Part shown: positions 48,454 to 58,756 of the stretch, piece by piece
Layout of the letters: each line of letters opens with the position of its first letter
Position numbering within the stretch: the first letter of the stretch is position 1
Assembly (NCBI GenBank): GCA_902609645.1
Contig: CACLSS010000002.1
Span: 10,680-74,679, forward strand
Source of the DNA: an uncultured Pelagibacteraceae bacterium
GTDB lineage: Bacteria; Pseudomonadota; Alphaproteobacteria; Pelagibacterales; Pelagibacteraceae
Length of the DNA stretch: 64,000 nt
Direction: 5' to 3'
Notes under the pieces: generated by a model
Database searches by the model: none
What the model saw: the letters and a program-made list of their open reading frames with translations, nothing else
What the model was told of the DNA's origin: nothing
Made by a program: the position numbers and the translations under genes

Positions 48454-49785
48454 TTATTTAATTGAGCTTTTGATTACTTTTATACATTTTAGAATTAAAC
48501 TTTTATCATAGGATTCAGCCATTATCCTAATTTTTGGTTCTGTTCCAGATTTTCTAACTAAAATTCTACCATTTTGACCCATAAGCTTATTTGCTATCTT
48601 TATCGCGTTTTTACATTTTGATTTATTAATTACATTTTTATCGTTTACTTCTACGTTTTCTAATATTTGTGGTAATGGTTTAAAAACTTTTAATAATCGG
48701 CTAGCTTTTTTACCCTTCCGAAGAGAAAATAAAACCTCTAAGGCTACTAATAATCCATCCCCAGTTGTTGCAAATTTTCCTAAAATAATGTGACCAGACT
48801 GTTCGCCACCTAAATTATAATTGAGCTTTTTCATTTTTTCTTTAACGTACCTATCTCCAACTTTAGACCTCGAAAATCTTATTTTTTCATTACGTAAAAA
48901 TTTTTCTAAACCATAATTGGACATTAATGTTCCAATTACTCCACCTTTTAAAATTTTTTTCGACTTCCATCTACGAGCCAACATTGCAATAATTTGATCA
49001 CCATCTATTATTTTTCCTTTTTCATCGCACATAATTACTCTGTCAGCATCTCCATCAAATGCTATTCCGATTTTAGCTTTATGTTTTTTTACAACAGTCT
49101 TTATTTTTGAAGGATATGTTGATCCACATTTTTCATTAATATTTAATCCATTTGGTTTTACTCCTATAGAAATCACTTTTGCACCTAGTTCTTTTAATAA
49201 TTTAGGAGCTGCTTTATAAGAAGCCCCATTTGCACAATCTAGAACAATTTTCGTACCTTTTAGATGAAAATTGCTTGGAAAATTATTTTTTAGTATTTTT
49301 GTATATTTGTCATTTCCATCCTCGAGACGCTTTACTCTTCCCAATAATTTTGGGTTTGTTAACTGTTTCGTATTTTTTGCATCTATTAGTCTTTCAATTT
49401 TTTTTTCAATTTTATCAGATAGTTTCATCCCGTCAGGACCAAATAATTTCAGTCCATTATCATGGTAGGGATTGTGTGATGCGGTAATCATTATTCCCAT
49501 GTTAGCCTTCATAGATTTAGTCAACATAGCTAAGCCATTTGTGGGTAAAGGACCTAAAGTGTAAACATGCATTCCACCAGATACTAAACCAGAAACTAGT
49601 GCTGGTTCTAAAGTATATCCTGATAATCTAGTATCCTTTGCAATTATAGCTATTTGTTTTGATTTTTTTTGATTTTTAAAATAAGTACCCGAAGCAAGAC
49701 CAAATTTAAAAAATTTCTCTCCAGTTATATTTCCTTGATTTACTGTCCCTCTAATACCGTCTGTTCCAAAATATTTATTTTTCAT
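48454..49785 (-). CDS. glmM: Phosphoglucosamine mutase
   Basis: The 443-aa ORF has YFGTDGIRG, the active-site motif TASHNP, and FDGDADR. Confidence 0.93.
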   Translation of the reverse strand: MKNKYFGTDGIRGTVNQGNITGEKFFKFGLASGTYFKNQKKSKQIAIIAKDTRLSGYTLEPALVSGLVSGGMHVYTLGPLPTNGLAMLTKSMKANMGIMITASHNPYHDNGLKLFGPDGMKLSDKIEKKIERLIDAKNTKQLTNPKLLGRVKRLEDGNDKYTKILKNNFPSNFHLKGTKIVLDCANGASYKAAPKLLKELGAKVISIGVKPNGLNINEKCGSTYPSKIKTVVKKHKAKIGIAFDGDADRVIMCDEKGKIIDGDQIIAMLARRWKSKKILKGGVIGTLMSNYGLEKFLRNEKIRFSRSKVGDRYVKEKMKKLNYNLGGEQSGHIILGKFATTGDGLLVALEVLFSLRKGKKASRLLKVFKPLPQILENVEVNDKNVINKSKCKNAIKIANKLMGQNGRILVRKSGTEPKIRIMAESYDKSLILKCIKVIKSSIK

Positions 49786-50836
49786 TAATTTTTTCGTACA
49801 CCATTATTCCTTGCTTAACTTCTCTTACATTGTGCACTCTGAACATTTGTACACCTTGGGATAACAAGTAAAGAACTGACGCTAATGTTCCTCCTGTTCT
49901 ATCTTTACTGTCGTACTCGCCAGATATTTGATTAATGAATCTTTTTCTCGAAGTCCCAACCAAAATAGGAAAGCCAAGGCTATGAAACAAAGATATATTG
50001 GAAATTAAAGTCAAATTATGTTTCAGAGTTTTACCAAAACCAATCCCTGGATCTATTATGATTTTTTTGTTATCTGTAATATTTGAAATTTCTTTTTCAA
50101 AAAAATCGTAAATATCTAGTAAAACATTTTTGTATTTTGGATACCTTTGCATTGTTTTTGGAGTTCCTTGCATATGATGCAAAACTTTTGGAATATTAAA
50201 ATCTCTTAATTTAATAAGCGCAAAGGGATCATGATTAAAACCTGACACATCATTGATTAAATCTGCGCCGGAGGTAATGCTTTTAACCATTATATCAGAT
50301 TTTCGTGTATCAACTGATAAACAAATTTTTTTATATTTTTTTTTAAAATTATTTAAAACATACTTAATTCTCTCCCACTCAATTTTTGGGTCAATCGTTT
50401 TTGAACCTGGCCGAGTAGACTCTCCACCAACATCAATAATATTTGCTCCGGATTTTATCATGTTAGAAATTTGCTTAAATGCCTTACTGTAGTTATTAAA
50501 TTTTCCTCCATCTGAGAAACTATCAGGAGTAAGATTAAGAATACCCATAATTGACGGGGATTGAAAATTAATATGTTTAAGAAAATCCTTTCTCTTCGAT
50601 ACAATTTTACTTAGATCTTCTTTAACAATTTTTCTAATTTTTTTATTTAATTTAAAAATTTTATTAATATTAATTAAATTAACCTTTACTCCCCTTTTTT
50701 CTCTCGAAAAAATTTCGATACTATCGAAGGCAATGTTGTTCTTACCGTTTAATGGAAGTGCTTTTTTTGTTTGTATTAACCTTATTGCTTCACTTCCATG
50801 ATAAAAATTACACGCCCTCGTGTAATATTTTCTCAT
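49775..50836 (-). CDS. folP: Dihydropteroate synthase with a roughly 95-aa N-terminal extension
   Basis: The DHPS core starts at IMGILNLTPDSFSDGG (about residue 96), with DVGGESTRPG and the C-terminal RVHNV. The extension fills the whole gap up to ftsH. Confidence 0.85.
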   Translation of the reverse strand: MRKYYTRACNFYHGSEAIRLIQTKKALPLNGKNNIAFDSIEIFSREKRGVKVNLININKIFKLNKKIRKIVKEDLSKIVSKRKDFLKHINFQSPSIMGILNLTPDSFSDGGKFNNYSKAFKQISNMIKSGANIIDVGGESTRPGSKTIDPKIEWERIKYVLNNFKKKYKKICLSVDTRKSDIMVKSITSGADLINDVSGFNHDPFALIKLRDFNIPKVLHHMQGTPKTMQRYPKYKNVLLDIYDFFEKEISNITDNKKIIIDPGIGFGKTLKHNLTLISNISLFHSLGFPILVGTSRKRFINQISGEYDSKDRTGGTLASVLYLLSQGVQMFRVHNVREVKQGIMVYEKINEK

Positions 50837-50845
50837 GATAAGTTA

Positions 50846-52744
50846 TTATAGTGCTGGTTTCGGTTTTAAACCAATAGAATCTATTGCTGAGGATGCTTTA
50901 TCATCAGCTTCTTCTTCCTGTTTTTTAGAAAGTTTGGTTGGTTGAATATTTTTAAGTATAAGATCTCTAATTTCATCGCCTGTTAGAGTTTCGTAAACTA
51001 ATAAAGCCTTAGCTATTTTGTGAAGATCGTCTATTTTTTCAGTTAAAACTGTTCTAGCTCTTTCGTATCCAGTATCTACAATTTTTTTAACTTCAGAGTC
51101 TACTTTTTTCGCAGTATCTTCAGACATATTTTGCTGCCTAGTAATTGATCTTCCCAAAAACACTTCATCTTCATTTTCTCCGTAAGCTATGGTTCCTAAA
51201 CTTTTACTCATGCCATATCTTGTCACCATATTTTTTGCCATTTTCGTGGCCATATCAATATCAGATGAAGCACCAGATGTTATTTTTTCATAACCAAATA
51301 TAATCTCTTCAGCAATCCTACCCCCCATTGCCACTGCTATATCTGAATACATTTTTTCTCTTGTAACAGAGAGTTGATCTCTCTCCGGCAATCTCATAAC
51401 CATTCCTAAAGCTCTTCCTCTAGGTATAATGGTTGCTTTGTGTATTGGGTCAGATGCTTTTTCATTTAAAGCAACAATAGCATGACCCCCTTCATGATAT
51501 GCAGTTAACTTCTTTTCCTCTTCTGTCATAACCATTGATCTTCTTTCGGCGCCCATCATTACCTTATCTTTGGCTTCCTCTATATCAACCATTGTAACCA
51601 CTCTTTTATTTTTTCTTGCAGCTAAAAGTGCGGACTCGTTGATTAAATTTGCTAAATCGGCTCCAGAAAAACCAGGAGTTCCTCTAGCAATGGTTCTAAG
51701 TTTCACATCTGGGCCAGTATTTATTTTTTTTACATGAACTTTTAAAATAGCTTCTCTTCCTAAAATGTCAGGATTAGGCACTACTACTTGTCTGTCAAAT
51801 CTACCTGGTCTTAATAAAGCGGGATCTAAAACGTCAGGTCTATTTGTTGCTGCTATTAAAATAATTCCCTCGTTGGTGTCAAAACCATCCATCTCAACCA
51901 AAAGCTGGTTTAAAGTTTGTTCTCTTTCATCGTTACCACCCCCTAGACCTGCACCTCTGCTTCTACCAACCGCATCGATTTCATCAATAAAAATAATACA
52001 TGGAGCATGTTTTTTCCCTTGCTCAAACATATCTCTAACTCTTGAAGCTCCAACTCCAACAAACATTTCTACAAAATCAGAACCTGAAATTGTAAAGAAG
52101 GGTACGTTAGCCTCACCTGCAATAGCTTTTGCTAAAAGTGTTTTACCTGTACCTGGTGGTCCAATTAATAAAGCTCCTTTAGGAATTTTTCCTCCAAGTT
52201 TTCTAAATTTTCTTGGATCTTTTAAAAAATCAACTATTTCTTCTACTTCTTCTTTTGCTTCCTCAATACCTGCAACATCGTTAAAAGTAACTTTACCCTG
52301 GGCCTCGTTTAATAACTTTGCTTTTGATTTTCCAAATCCCATTGCACCACCTCTACCACCTTGCATTTGGCGCATGAAAAATATCCAAACACCAATTAAG
52401 AGTAACATTGGGAACCAAGACAATAGGACACCTAATAAAGAAGGCATCTTATCTTCAACGGGAGCAGCGTTTATACTGACATTTTTATCAGAAAGTTTGT
52501 TTACTAAATCTGGGTAATTTGGTGAATAAGTTTTGAACTTCGATCCATCTGATAAAGTACCGTTAATATTATTTCCTTGAATTTCAACTTCAACAACTCT
52601 GCCGTTATCAACCTCTTCTAAGAATGTTGAAAAGGCAATTTGATTACTATTCTGGTTTGCTCTTTCAGGGTTTTGGAAAAGATTAAATAATCCTACGGAA
52701 AGTAAGATTATAAGTCCCCACATTAGTAAATTTCTAAAATTCAT
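50846..52744 (-). CDS. ftsH: ATP-dependent zinc metalloprotease FtsH
   Basis: The 632-aa ORF has Walker A GPPGTGKT, the SRH, and the zinc motif HEGGH. Confidence 0.97.
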   Translation of the reverse strand: MNFRNLLMWGLIILLSVGLFNLFQNPERANQNSNQIAFSTFLEEVDNGRVVEVEIQGNNINGTLSDGSKFKTYSPNYPDLVNKLSDKNVSINAAPVEDKMPSLLGVLLSWFPMLLLIGVWIFFMRQMQGGRGGAMGFGKSKAKLLNEAQGKVTFNDVAGIEEAKEEVEEIVDFLKDPRKFRKLGGKIPKGALLIGPPGTGKTLLAKAIAGEANVPFFTISGSDFVEMFVGVGASRVRDMFEQGKKHAPCIIFIDEIDAVGRSRGAGLGGGNDEREQTLNQLLVEMDGFDTNEGIILIAATNRPDVLDPALLRPGRFDRQVVVPNPDILGREAILKVHVKKINTGPDVKLRTIARGTPGFSGADLANLINESALLAARKNKRVVTMVDIEEAKDKVMMGAERRSMVMTEEEKKLTAYHEGGHAIVALNEKASDPIHKATIIPRGRALGMVMRLPERDQLSVTREKMYSDIAVAMGGRIAEEIIFGYEKITSGASSDIDMATKMAKNMVTRYGMSKSLGTIAYGENEDEVFLGRSITRQQNMSEDTAKKVDSEVKKIVDTGYERARTVLTEKIDDLHKIAKALLVYETLTGDEIRDLILKNIQPTKLSKKQEEEADDKASSAIDSIGLKPKPAL

Positions 52745-52858
52745 TTAATATATAAGTAGTTATTTTTAATAATATAACAAGTATGTCAAACTAGATTAAT
52801 AATAAAATATGGCAAATTGTAGTATGTGTATCAAAATTGACCCTTTTTATTGGATATT

Positions 52859-53857
52859 TTAATATTCTTTTGTCACATGCAGAAAGTTTTTTTTCTTTTC
52901 AAAAATACACCCCCCTAGAGTGCACTTTTTGATCCTGATTCTTTGAAATCCTTCAATTAAATTTAAAACTTTAATTGATCTCGGAGGGTAATAAGATTTT
53001 GAAATATTTTTAATGACGTTGTTCATTATTCTAAATCTGATTTCTAAAGGTTCCTTCTGAAACTTTACAAAATTAAGAACGGCTTTTTTATTCTCAAAAA
53101 TTACAAATTTTTTTATACTTTTTGCTACATAAAAATCTATTGCTTCTCTGGTTGATGCAATATTTTTTATAGATCTAGAAATTTTTTCTATATTTATACC
53201 TTTGCTTTCTAAATTTTGTTTTAATACTCTAATATTAGTCCTTAAAAATTTTTTATTTTTATTACTCGGGTCCTTAAGGATATTACCAAAAACATTTTTA
53301 GCTATTTTTATAAGATCAGTTTTTTTAAAATCAAGTAGTGGACGTATTAATCTTGTTCCATTTTTAAGTGTTGTCATTTCCTGCATGGATGAAAGTCCCT
53401 CAACACCGCTCCCCCTTGACAATCTTATTAAAAAAGTTTCAATCTGATCATCTTGGTGGTGTGCAACTAAAAGGGATTTAGCATTTTTCTTTTTGCAAAA
53501 TTTTCCAAGTAATTCATATCTTATATCTCTCGCATTTTTTTGCATATTCTTTGTAATTTTTTCCTTATTTTTTAAAATTGATAATGTTAAATTTTGTTTT
53601 CTAAGGAGTTTTTTTACACTTAAAGCTTCTTTGTTAGAATTCTCTCTAAGTCCGTGATCTACTAGCGCAAAAAAAAACTTATATTTTTTTTCTACTGCAA
53701 TACTTTTTGTGATTGAAACTAATGCTAAGCTATCCGGACCACCAGATACACCGACAACAAAAGAATTGTTTTTTTTGTATTTTTTTAAGATTAGATTTAC
53801 TTTTTGATAAATGTCGGAATAGTTATGTCTTGTTACATTTGAATTTTTTATTCTCAT
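52859..53857 (-). CDS. tilS: tRNA(Ile)-lysidine synthase (short form)
   Basis: The 332-aa ORF has the PP-loop VGVSGGPDS. It occupies the conserved position upstream of ftsH. Confidence 0.8.
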   Translation of the reverse strand: MRIKNSNVTRHNYSDIYQKVNLILKKYKKNNSFVVGVSGGPDSLALVSITKSIAVEKKYKFFFALVDHGLRENSNKEALSVKKLLRKQNLTLSILKNKEKITKNMQKNARDIRYELLGKFCKKKNAKSLLVAHHQDDQIETFLIRLSRGSGVEGLSSMQEMTTLKNGTRLIRPLLDFKKTDLIKIAKNVFGNILKDPSNKNKKFLRTNIRVLKQNLESKGINIEKISRSIKNIASTREAIDFYVAKSIKKFVIFENKKAVLNFVKFQKEPLEIRFRIMNNVIKNISKSYYPPRSIKVLNLIEGFQRIRIKKCTLGGCIFEKKKNFLHVTKEY

Positions 53858-54791
53858 ATTCTGCTTTTTGTAACACAGACTTGCTTGCTTTTGGATATTG
53901 TTTTTTTACTCCCTGTATCATCAAACATCCTTGATCTTTTTCACCAAGTTGAACTAATGTACTACCAAGTTTCAATAAATTTATCGGGGCTTTTTTACTT
54001 TTAGGATAATTTTGATAACCATCCAAGTATGCTGCAGCTGCATCTTGGTAGAGTTGTCTGACTCTAAATGTTTCTCCATACCAATATTGTGCGCTTCCTG
54101 CTAAGTCATTACTTTTGTTTTTGTCAATAAATTCTCTTAAAGCAAATTCAGCAGTTTCATAATCGCCAACTTTTATAAAGCTTACTGCAAAGTCATATTG
54201 CTCCCTGGGAGATTTGTTTGGTAATAAAGATTTAGCTGGAGAAGCTTTTTCTGTTACGACAAGTCCAGCAGTTTCAACCGATTGTGTTTTTTGAACTTCC
54301 TTTGTATTTTTAAGATCTTCATCTGATATTCTACCAAGATTATCTGGGAGATCGGTTCCGGGTAGTTTTTTCTTTTTTGAAATTTTTTTATCTTCAACTA
54401 TATTTTCGGGATTATTTTCCAAATCACTAAACCTCATTTGGTTATCAGTTTGCATTTTTGTTATTCTTTTAGATAACTTGTCCATTTTAAAATTAACTTC
54501 TTCAAACTTATTTGTTAAATTTTGAAATTGTGTTTCTATTTCGTTTAATTTTAAAAGATGTCGAGTTAAAATATCTTCGTTTAGACTGTTCGATGAAGAA
54601 TTTGATGAAGGTGTAATTTGCGAAGATTTATAAACTGCTTTTTCAAGTGTTTTTAAGTCTTGTTTTAATTGTTGAATTTCTGTTGAAATATTATTTGAGC
54701 TTTCTTCCTCAGCTTTAATAAGGTTTGAGACGAATAAAAATGTAACTAAAAAAAAAGTTACAACTAAAAAATTATGCTTTTTAAGAATCAT
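53823..54791 (-). CDS. cpoB: Tol-Pal system periplasmic protein CpoB/YbgF (coiled coil plus TPR)
   Basis: The 322-aa ORF has a signal peptide, an N-terminal coiled coil and a C-terminal TPR (YDFAVSFIKVGDYETAEFALREF...). It lies downstream of pal. Confidence 0.75.
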   Translation of the reverse strand: MILKKHNFLVVTFFLVTFLFVSNLIKAEEESSNNISTEIQQLKQDLKTLEKAVYKSSQITPSSNSSSNSLNEDILTRHLLKLNEIETQFQNLTNKFEEVNFKMDKLSKRITKMQTDNQMRFSDLENNPENIVEDKKISKKKKLPGTDLPDNLGRISDEDLKNTKEVQKTQSVETAGLVVTEKASPAKSLLPNKSPREQYDFAVSFIKVGDYETAEFALREFIDKNKSNDLAGSAQYWYGETFRVRQLYQDAAAAYLDGYQNYPKSKKAPINLLKLGSTLVQLGEKDQGCLMIQGVKKQYPKASKSVLQKAEYENKKFKCNKT

Positions 54792-54818
54792 TTTTCATTT
54801 TTTAAATATACAAGATGG

Positions 54819-54856
54819 CAAAAAAAAGACCCCTGTTTTTTAGAACAGGGGTCTTT
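54819..54856 (-). terminator. Rho-independent terminator downstream of pal
   Basis: A 13-bp perfect stem (54824-54836 aaagacccctgtt pairs with 54844-54856 aacaggggtcttt) closes a 7-nt loop. On the minus strand the hairpin runs into a T-tract (A-run 54819-54826 on the plus strand, whose last 3 nt lie within the stem). The plus-strand side is also T-rich, so it may act in both directions. Confidence 0.8.
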
Positions 54857-54875
54857 ATAATAAGCTTAATAAGGT

Positions 54876-55355
54876 TTAATTTGCTTTTACAGTAACTGAT
54901 CTTCGATTTTGAGACCAAGCCAATGGTGAGCTAGCCGGGTTAACCGGTCTTTCTTTACCATAACTGATTACGGATATTCTTTTTCCAGAAACGCCATATG
55001 TCATCAAATAATCTTTTGCTGCATTAGCTCTTCTTTCGCCTAAAGCTAAGTTATACTCTCTTGTACCTCGCTCATCGGCATGTCCTTCAACTGTAACAGT
55101 TACATTTTTATTTTTTCTCATCCAAGTAGCCTGTTTTCTTAATGTATCTCTCGAAGCAGTAGTAAGACTAGATTTGTTAGTTGCAAAAAATATTCTATCT
55201 GGAACACCTTTTGCTAAAAACTCAACTGTATCTGTTCCTGTGTACACATCATTAGCTGTATCTACGTTTGCTTTCTTAGCTGTAGAACAAGCTGATATTA
55301 ACAGCGTACTAAATAAAACTATAAAAAGGTTCTTTATGGCTTTATTAAATTTCAT
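54876..55355 (-). CDS. pal: Peptidoglycan-associated lipoprotein Pal (OmpA-like domain)
   Basis: The 159-aa ORF has the lipobox LISAC and the OmpA-like motif EGHADERGTREYNLALGERRA. Confidence 0.92.
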   Translation of the reverse strand: MKFNKAIKNLFIVLFSTLLISACSTAKKANVDTANDVYTGTDTVEFLAKGVPDRIFFATNKSSLTTASRDTLRKQATWMRKNKNVTVTVEGHADERGTREYNLALGERRANAAKDYLMTYGVSGKRISVISYGKERPVNPASSPLAWSQNRRSVTVKAN

Positions 55356-55440
55356 TATTAACTCCTAAATATATTTAAGGTAGATGCAATATTTCAAATT
55401 TTTGGAAATCTTGCAAGTGTAAATTGTACGTGAAAAATCA

Positions 55441-56778
55441 CTACTTTGACAATAATGAGGACCAAGATGGGTCCGAGGCGTCAGTCTCGGTTTTTAATCT
55501 TCTCTCATTATAGCCAGTAATATCTATTGACCACAATTTTGCGGAAAAACCTTTTCCTTTACTATCAGATTTAGTCTCTCTATAAAAAATCAATACTCTT
55601 CCGTTAGGCGACCAGGAAGGAGCTTCCTGATAAAAATTTTCAGTTAACAGTCTTTCTCCAGTACCATCAGATCGCATTACACCAATATAAAATCTTCCTT
55701 TTCTAACTTTAGTAAAAGCGATTAAATCTCCTCTCGGAGACCAAACTGGTGTTCCGTAGAGACCTGATCCATGTGTAATTCTTTTTACTTGAGTACCATC
55801 GCTCCTCATTACATATATCTGTTGAAGTCCGCTCCTATCAGAATTAAAAGTTATATACTTGCCATCTGGGGAATAAGACGGTGAAGTATCAATTGAAGGA
55901 TGTTTGGTAATTTGTTCAACCACTCTTGTTTCTAAATCCATAGAATAAATATCTGAATTTCCATCTTTGGCAAAACTCATAATAATTTTTTTGCCATCTG
56001 GAGAAAATCTAGGAGCAAATGTCATTCCAGGAAAATTTCCAACAACTTCTTGTATGCCAGTTTCAATATCTAACAGGTAAACTCTTGGCATATTTTTAAA
56101 ATAGGATAGATACGTAACTAACTGGTTGGTTGGATTAAACCTTGGTGTAAGAACCAATTCATTACCAAGGGTTAAATATTTCGTATTAAAACCATCCTGA
56201 TCCATTAGGGCAAGCTTTTTAATTCTCTGGTTCTTAGGCCCTGTTTCTGAAACAAATGCAATTCGGGTATCAAAATAACCAGACTCTCCAGTAAGTCTCT
56301 CGTATATTTTATCTGAGATTATATGTGCAACTCTTCTCCAGTTATTTGGTGTGGTTGTAAAGGATAGAGCTACCATTTCTTTAGCTGCAGTTAGGTCCCA
56401 AAGTCTAAATTCAACTTTTAACTTATTATTCTTTATTAATAATTTACCTGTAACAAGTGCCTGGGCTTTAATTAAACGCCAGTCCTCAAACCTTGGTTTT
56501 AAATGTGCAATATCTGGTTTTTGAACAAAAGAAGCTTTCTTTAGTGGATTAAATAATCCAGTTGATTTAAAGTTTTTTTCTATGATCTTAGAAATTTCTT
56601 CCCCTAATGTTGATGTTTCAAATGAAGGGATTTTTTCAGATTCTGAATCTACGTGTAATGGTGAAACTGCAATTGGTAATGGATCTAAATTTCCTCTTGT
56701 AATATCTACAGTAATTAACGCGTGAGTATTATTCCAGCTTAAAATATATAATAATAAAGTAAAAATAATTTTTTTCAT
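55441..56778 (-). CDS. tolB: Tol-Pal system beta-propeller protein TolB
   Basis: The 445-aa ORF has a signal peptide and repeated P.(F/W)SPDG blades. Confidence 0.93.
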   Translation of the reverse strand: MKKIIFTLLLYILSWNNTHALITVDITRGNLDPLPIAVSPLHVDSESEKIPSFETSTLGEEISKIIEKNFKSTGLFNPLKKASFVQKPDIAHLKPRFEDWRLIKAQALVTGKLLIKNNKLKVEFRLWDLTAAKEMVALSFTTTPNNWRRVAHIISDKIYERLTGESGYFDTRIAFVSETGPKNQRIKKLALMDQDGFNTKYLTLGNELVLTPRFNPTNQLVTYLSYFKNMPRVYLLDIETGIQEVVGNFPGMTFAPRFSPDGKKIIMSFAKDGNSDIYSMDLETRVVEQITKHPSIDTSPSYSPDGKYITFNSDRSGLQQIYVMRSDGTQVKRITHGSGLYGTPVWSPRGDLIAFTKVRKGRFYIGVMRSDGTGERLLTENFYQEAPSWSPNGRVLIFYRETKSDSKGKGFSAKLWSIDITGYNERRLKTETDASDPSWSSLLSK

Positions 56779-56782
56779 TTTT

Positions 56783-57589
56783 TTAACCTTTTAACATTTC
56801 TGACGGGTCAAAATTTAACTGTAATTCTTTCCATCTTTCGTAACCAGTTGGTGGTACTTTTAAAGGCTGGCAAATTCTGACAGCTCTTAAAGCACTTTCA
56901 GCTAAAATTTTATAAAAACTTTGACCTGGAGTATTCATTCTAGCGTGATCTAAGATTTCTGACTTAAGAATTCTTCCGTCTGGTTTTAATTTTAATTTTA
57001 TTCTAACTAATAGGTTTTCATCATAAGGCAAGCCCAACGGTACACTCCAGCAACCAAAAATTTGTGCTCTTAAAGCATCTTCTTCTGACAAAGATAATCC
57101 TTGTGCAAATGCATTCTTTACACTGCTTTGTGTTAACTCCTGTTTCTTTCTCTGTGTTTCCGCCTGTTCTTCTTTTGCTTTATCTATAAGGGCTGCTATC
57201 TCATTTGTGTCGAATAACTCATCTTTTTCAAATTCAGAGGCCTGTCTAATTTGAGGTTTTATTTCTTCAGGGTTTTGTTTTTTTTTAACTAATTTTTTAG
57301 TTTCTTTTTTGTCTTCTGGCAGGGGTATTCTATCTGGTTTTTCTTTTGCTTTAGCAGCTGGTGGCGCTTGTTCCGAAACAACACGTTTTTTTTCCTCTTT
57401 GACTTCTTTTATGATTTTCCTGGCTTTAGGGGCAAAGGGAATATAAGTTTTATCCTTTATTTCAATTAATTCTACTGAAACTATTGGTGGTAAATCAATT
57501 GGTTCTCTCATCATAAACGGTAAAGTTAGCATTGTTAAAAAAATAATTAATGAATGAAATAAAAATGAAAATAGTAAACTTTTAGTCAT
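56783..57589 (-). CDS. tolA: TolA-like cell envelope integrity protein
   Basis: The 268-aa ORF has an N-terminal TM, a Lys/Glu/Pro-rich linker and a globular C-terminal domain. It lies between tolR and tolB. Confidence 0.65.
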   Translation of the reverse strand: MTKSLLFSFLFHSLIIFLTMLTLPFMMREPIDLPPIVSVELIEIKDKTYIPFAPKARKIIKEVKEEKKRVVSEQAPPAAKAKEKPDRIPLPEDKKETKKLVKKKQNPEEIKPQIRQASEFEKDELFDTNEIAALIDKAKEEQAETQRKKQELTQSSVKNAFAQGLSLSEEDALRAQIFGCWSVPLGLPYDENLLVRIKLKLKPDGRILKSEILDHARMNTPGQSFYKILAESALRAVRICQPLKVPPTGYERWKELQLNFDPSEMLKG

Positions 57590-57595
57590 AGAATT

Positions 57596-58009
57596 TTAAT
57601 TCTTATAAGGCTCAGATATAAGAGCTACTTTTGAAAAACCTGCACCTGATAGTCTGCCCATAACTTCTAATACTCTTCCGTAGTTTATTGTTTTGTCCCC
57701 TCTTACATAAATTCTAGTATCAGTTCTATTTTTCGATATTGCCAATAATTTCGGTACAACCTTCTCAAAAGTAACTTTATGTTCTTGAATAAATAATTCA
57801 CCCTTTGAGTTGATTGAAATAGTAAGTGGCTCCTGATCATCAGGTAAAGAGTCGGCTGCCGACTCCGGTAAATCAACTTGAACTCCAACTGTAAGTAATG
57901 GCGCGGTTACCATAAATATTATTAATAGCACAAGCATCACATCTACGAATGGAGTTACGTTTATTTCGCTCATGGGTTCTTTCTTTGAGCGGTTCATTAT
58001 AAAAGCCAT
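57596..58009 (-). CDS. tolR: Biopolymer transport protein TolR (ExbD family)
   Basis: The 137-aa ORF has the motif EINVTPFVDVMLVLLIIFM. Confidence 0.85.
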   Translation of the reverse strand: MAFIMNRSKKEPMSEINVTPFVDVMLVLLIIFMVTAPLLTVGVQVDLPESAADSLPDDQEPLTISINSKGELFIQEHKVTFEKVVPKLLAISKNRTDTRIYVRGDKTINYGRVLEVMGRLSGAGFSKVALISEPYKN

Positions 58010-58015
58010 AAAAAA

Positions 58016-58696
58016 TTAAATTATAGATAAAAATCTTTTTGAAAAGTTATCGATTCTTGCAAAATATCTTTGTGAGTCACTGTTAAATTTATTGTATGCA
58101 ATTACCGCTGGTATTGCTGCTAATAAACCAAGTGCAGTTGCAAATAATGCCTCTGCAATTCCGGGAGCTACTATTGCTAAACTGGTATTTCTAGAAATCG
58201 CTATTGATTGAAATGAATTCATAATTCCCCAAACTGTTCCAAAAAGTCCTATGAAAGGAGCGGTTGAACCTATAGTAGCTAGATAGGTAAAATTTTTCTC
58301 AATACTTTTTAATTGATTATCGATAGATACTTCTAATACTCTTTCAACTCTTGCGCTTTGAACTGCGGTTGATTTTGATCTTGTTTTAATTACTTCATTC
58401 ATTGCGGATTTAAAAATTATTGTGAGTGGATCATCAGATTTTTGCGGTAAGTTCTTATAAAAAGCTTCTGCAGATTTTGATTTCCAAAATTTATCTTCAA
58501 AAGATTTTGTTGAGGTATCAATTCTTCTAAACAACCTAGCCTTATCAAAAATTAATGCCCATGAAAAAATTGAACTTGCAATAAGAATTAATATCACTGC
58601 TTTAACAATAAAATCTGCTCTTAAAAAAAGTTTCCAGAGAGAAAAATCTGTCGCCCCACCTAATCCAACAGCTTGAGTTGCAATTTCTTGTTCCAT
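58016..58696 (-). CDS. tolQ: Tol-Pal proton channel protein TolQ (MotA/ExbB family)
   Basis: The 226-aa ORF has 3 TM segments and the motif TAPFIGLFGTVWGIM. Confidence 0.9.
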   Translation of the reverse strand: MEQEIATQAVGLGGATDFSLWKLFLRADFIVKAVILILIASSIFSWALIFDKARLFRRIDTSTKSFEDKFWKSKSAEAFYKNLPQKSDDPLTIIFKSAMNEVIKTRSKSTAVQSARVERVLEVSIDNQLKSIEKNFTYLATIGSTAPFIGLFGTVWGIMNSFQSIAISRNTSLAIVAPGIAEALFATALGLLAAIPAVIAYNKFNSDSQRYFARIDNFSKRFLSII

Positions 58697-58756
58697 TGAA
58701 GTTAATTACGTATAGATTGTGTCATCAATTTGGCACAAAAGTTATTAAAACATTGA

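Noticed and set aside
51765-52517. A 250-aa ORF on the plus strand, antisense to ftsH. This is remarkably long for a genome of about 30% GC.
   Set aside because: It lies entirely inside the well-supported ftsH CDS. The translation is low-complexity (Ser/Pro/Leu/Thr-rich) with no recognisable motif. Long antisense frames are an expected by-product of the conserved, relatively GC-rich codon pattern of ftsH.
52808-52861. A 17-codon plus-strand ORF (MANCSMCIKIDPFYWIF) in the tilS-ftsH spacer. A 12-codon ORF at 35103-35141 is similar.
   Set aside because: Both are too short and have no SD or supporting context. Each lies on the strand opposite to its neighbouring genes (tilS/ftsH and sppA), and the first overlaps the tilS stop.
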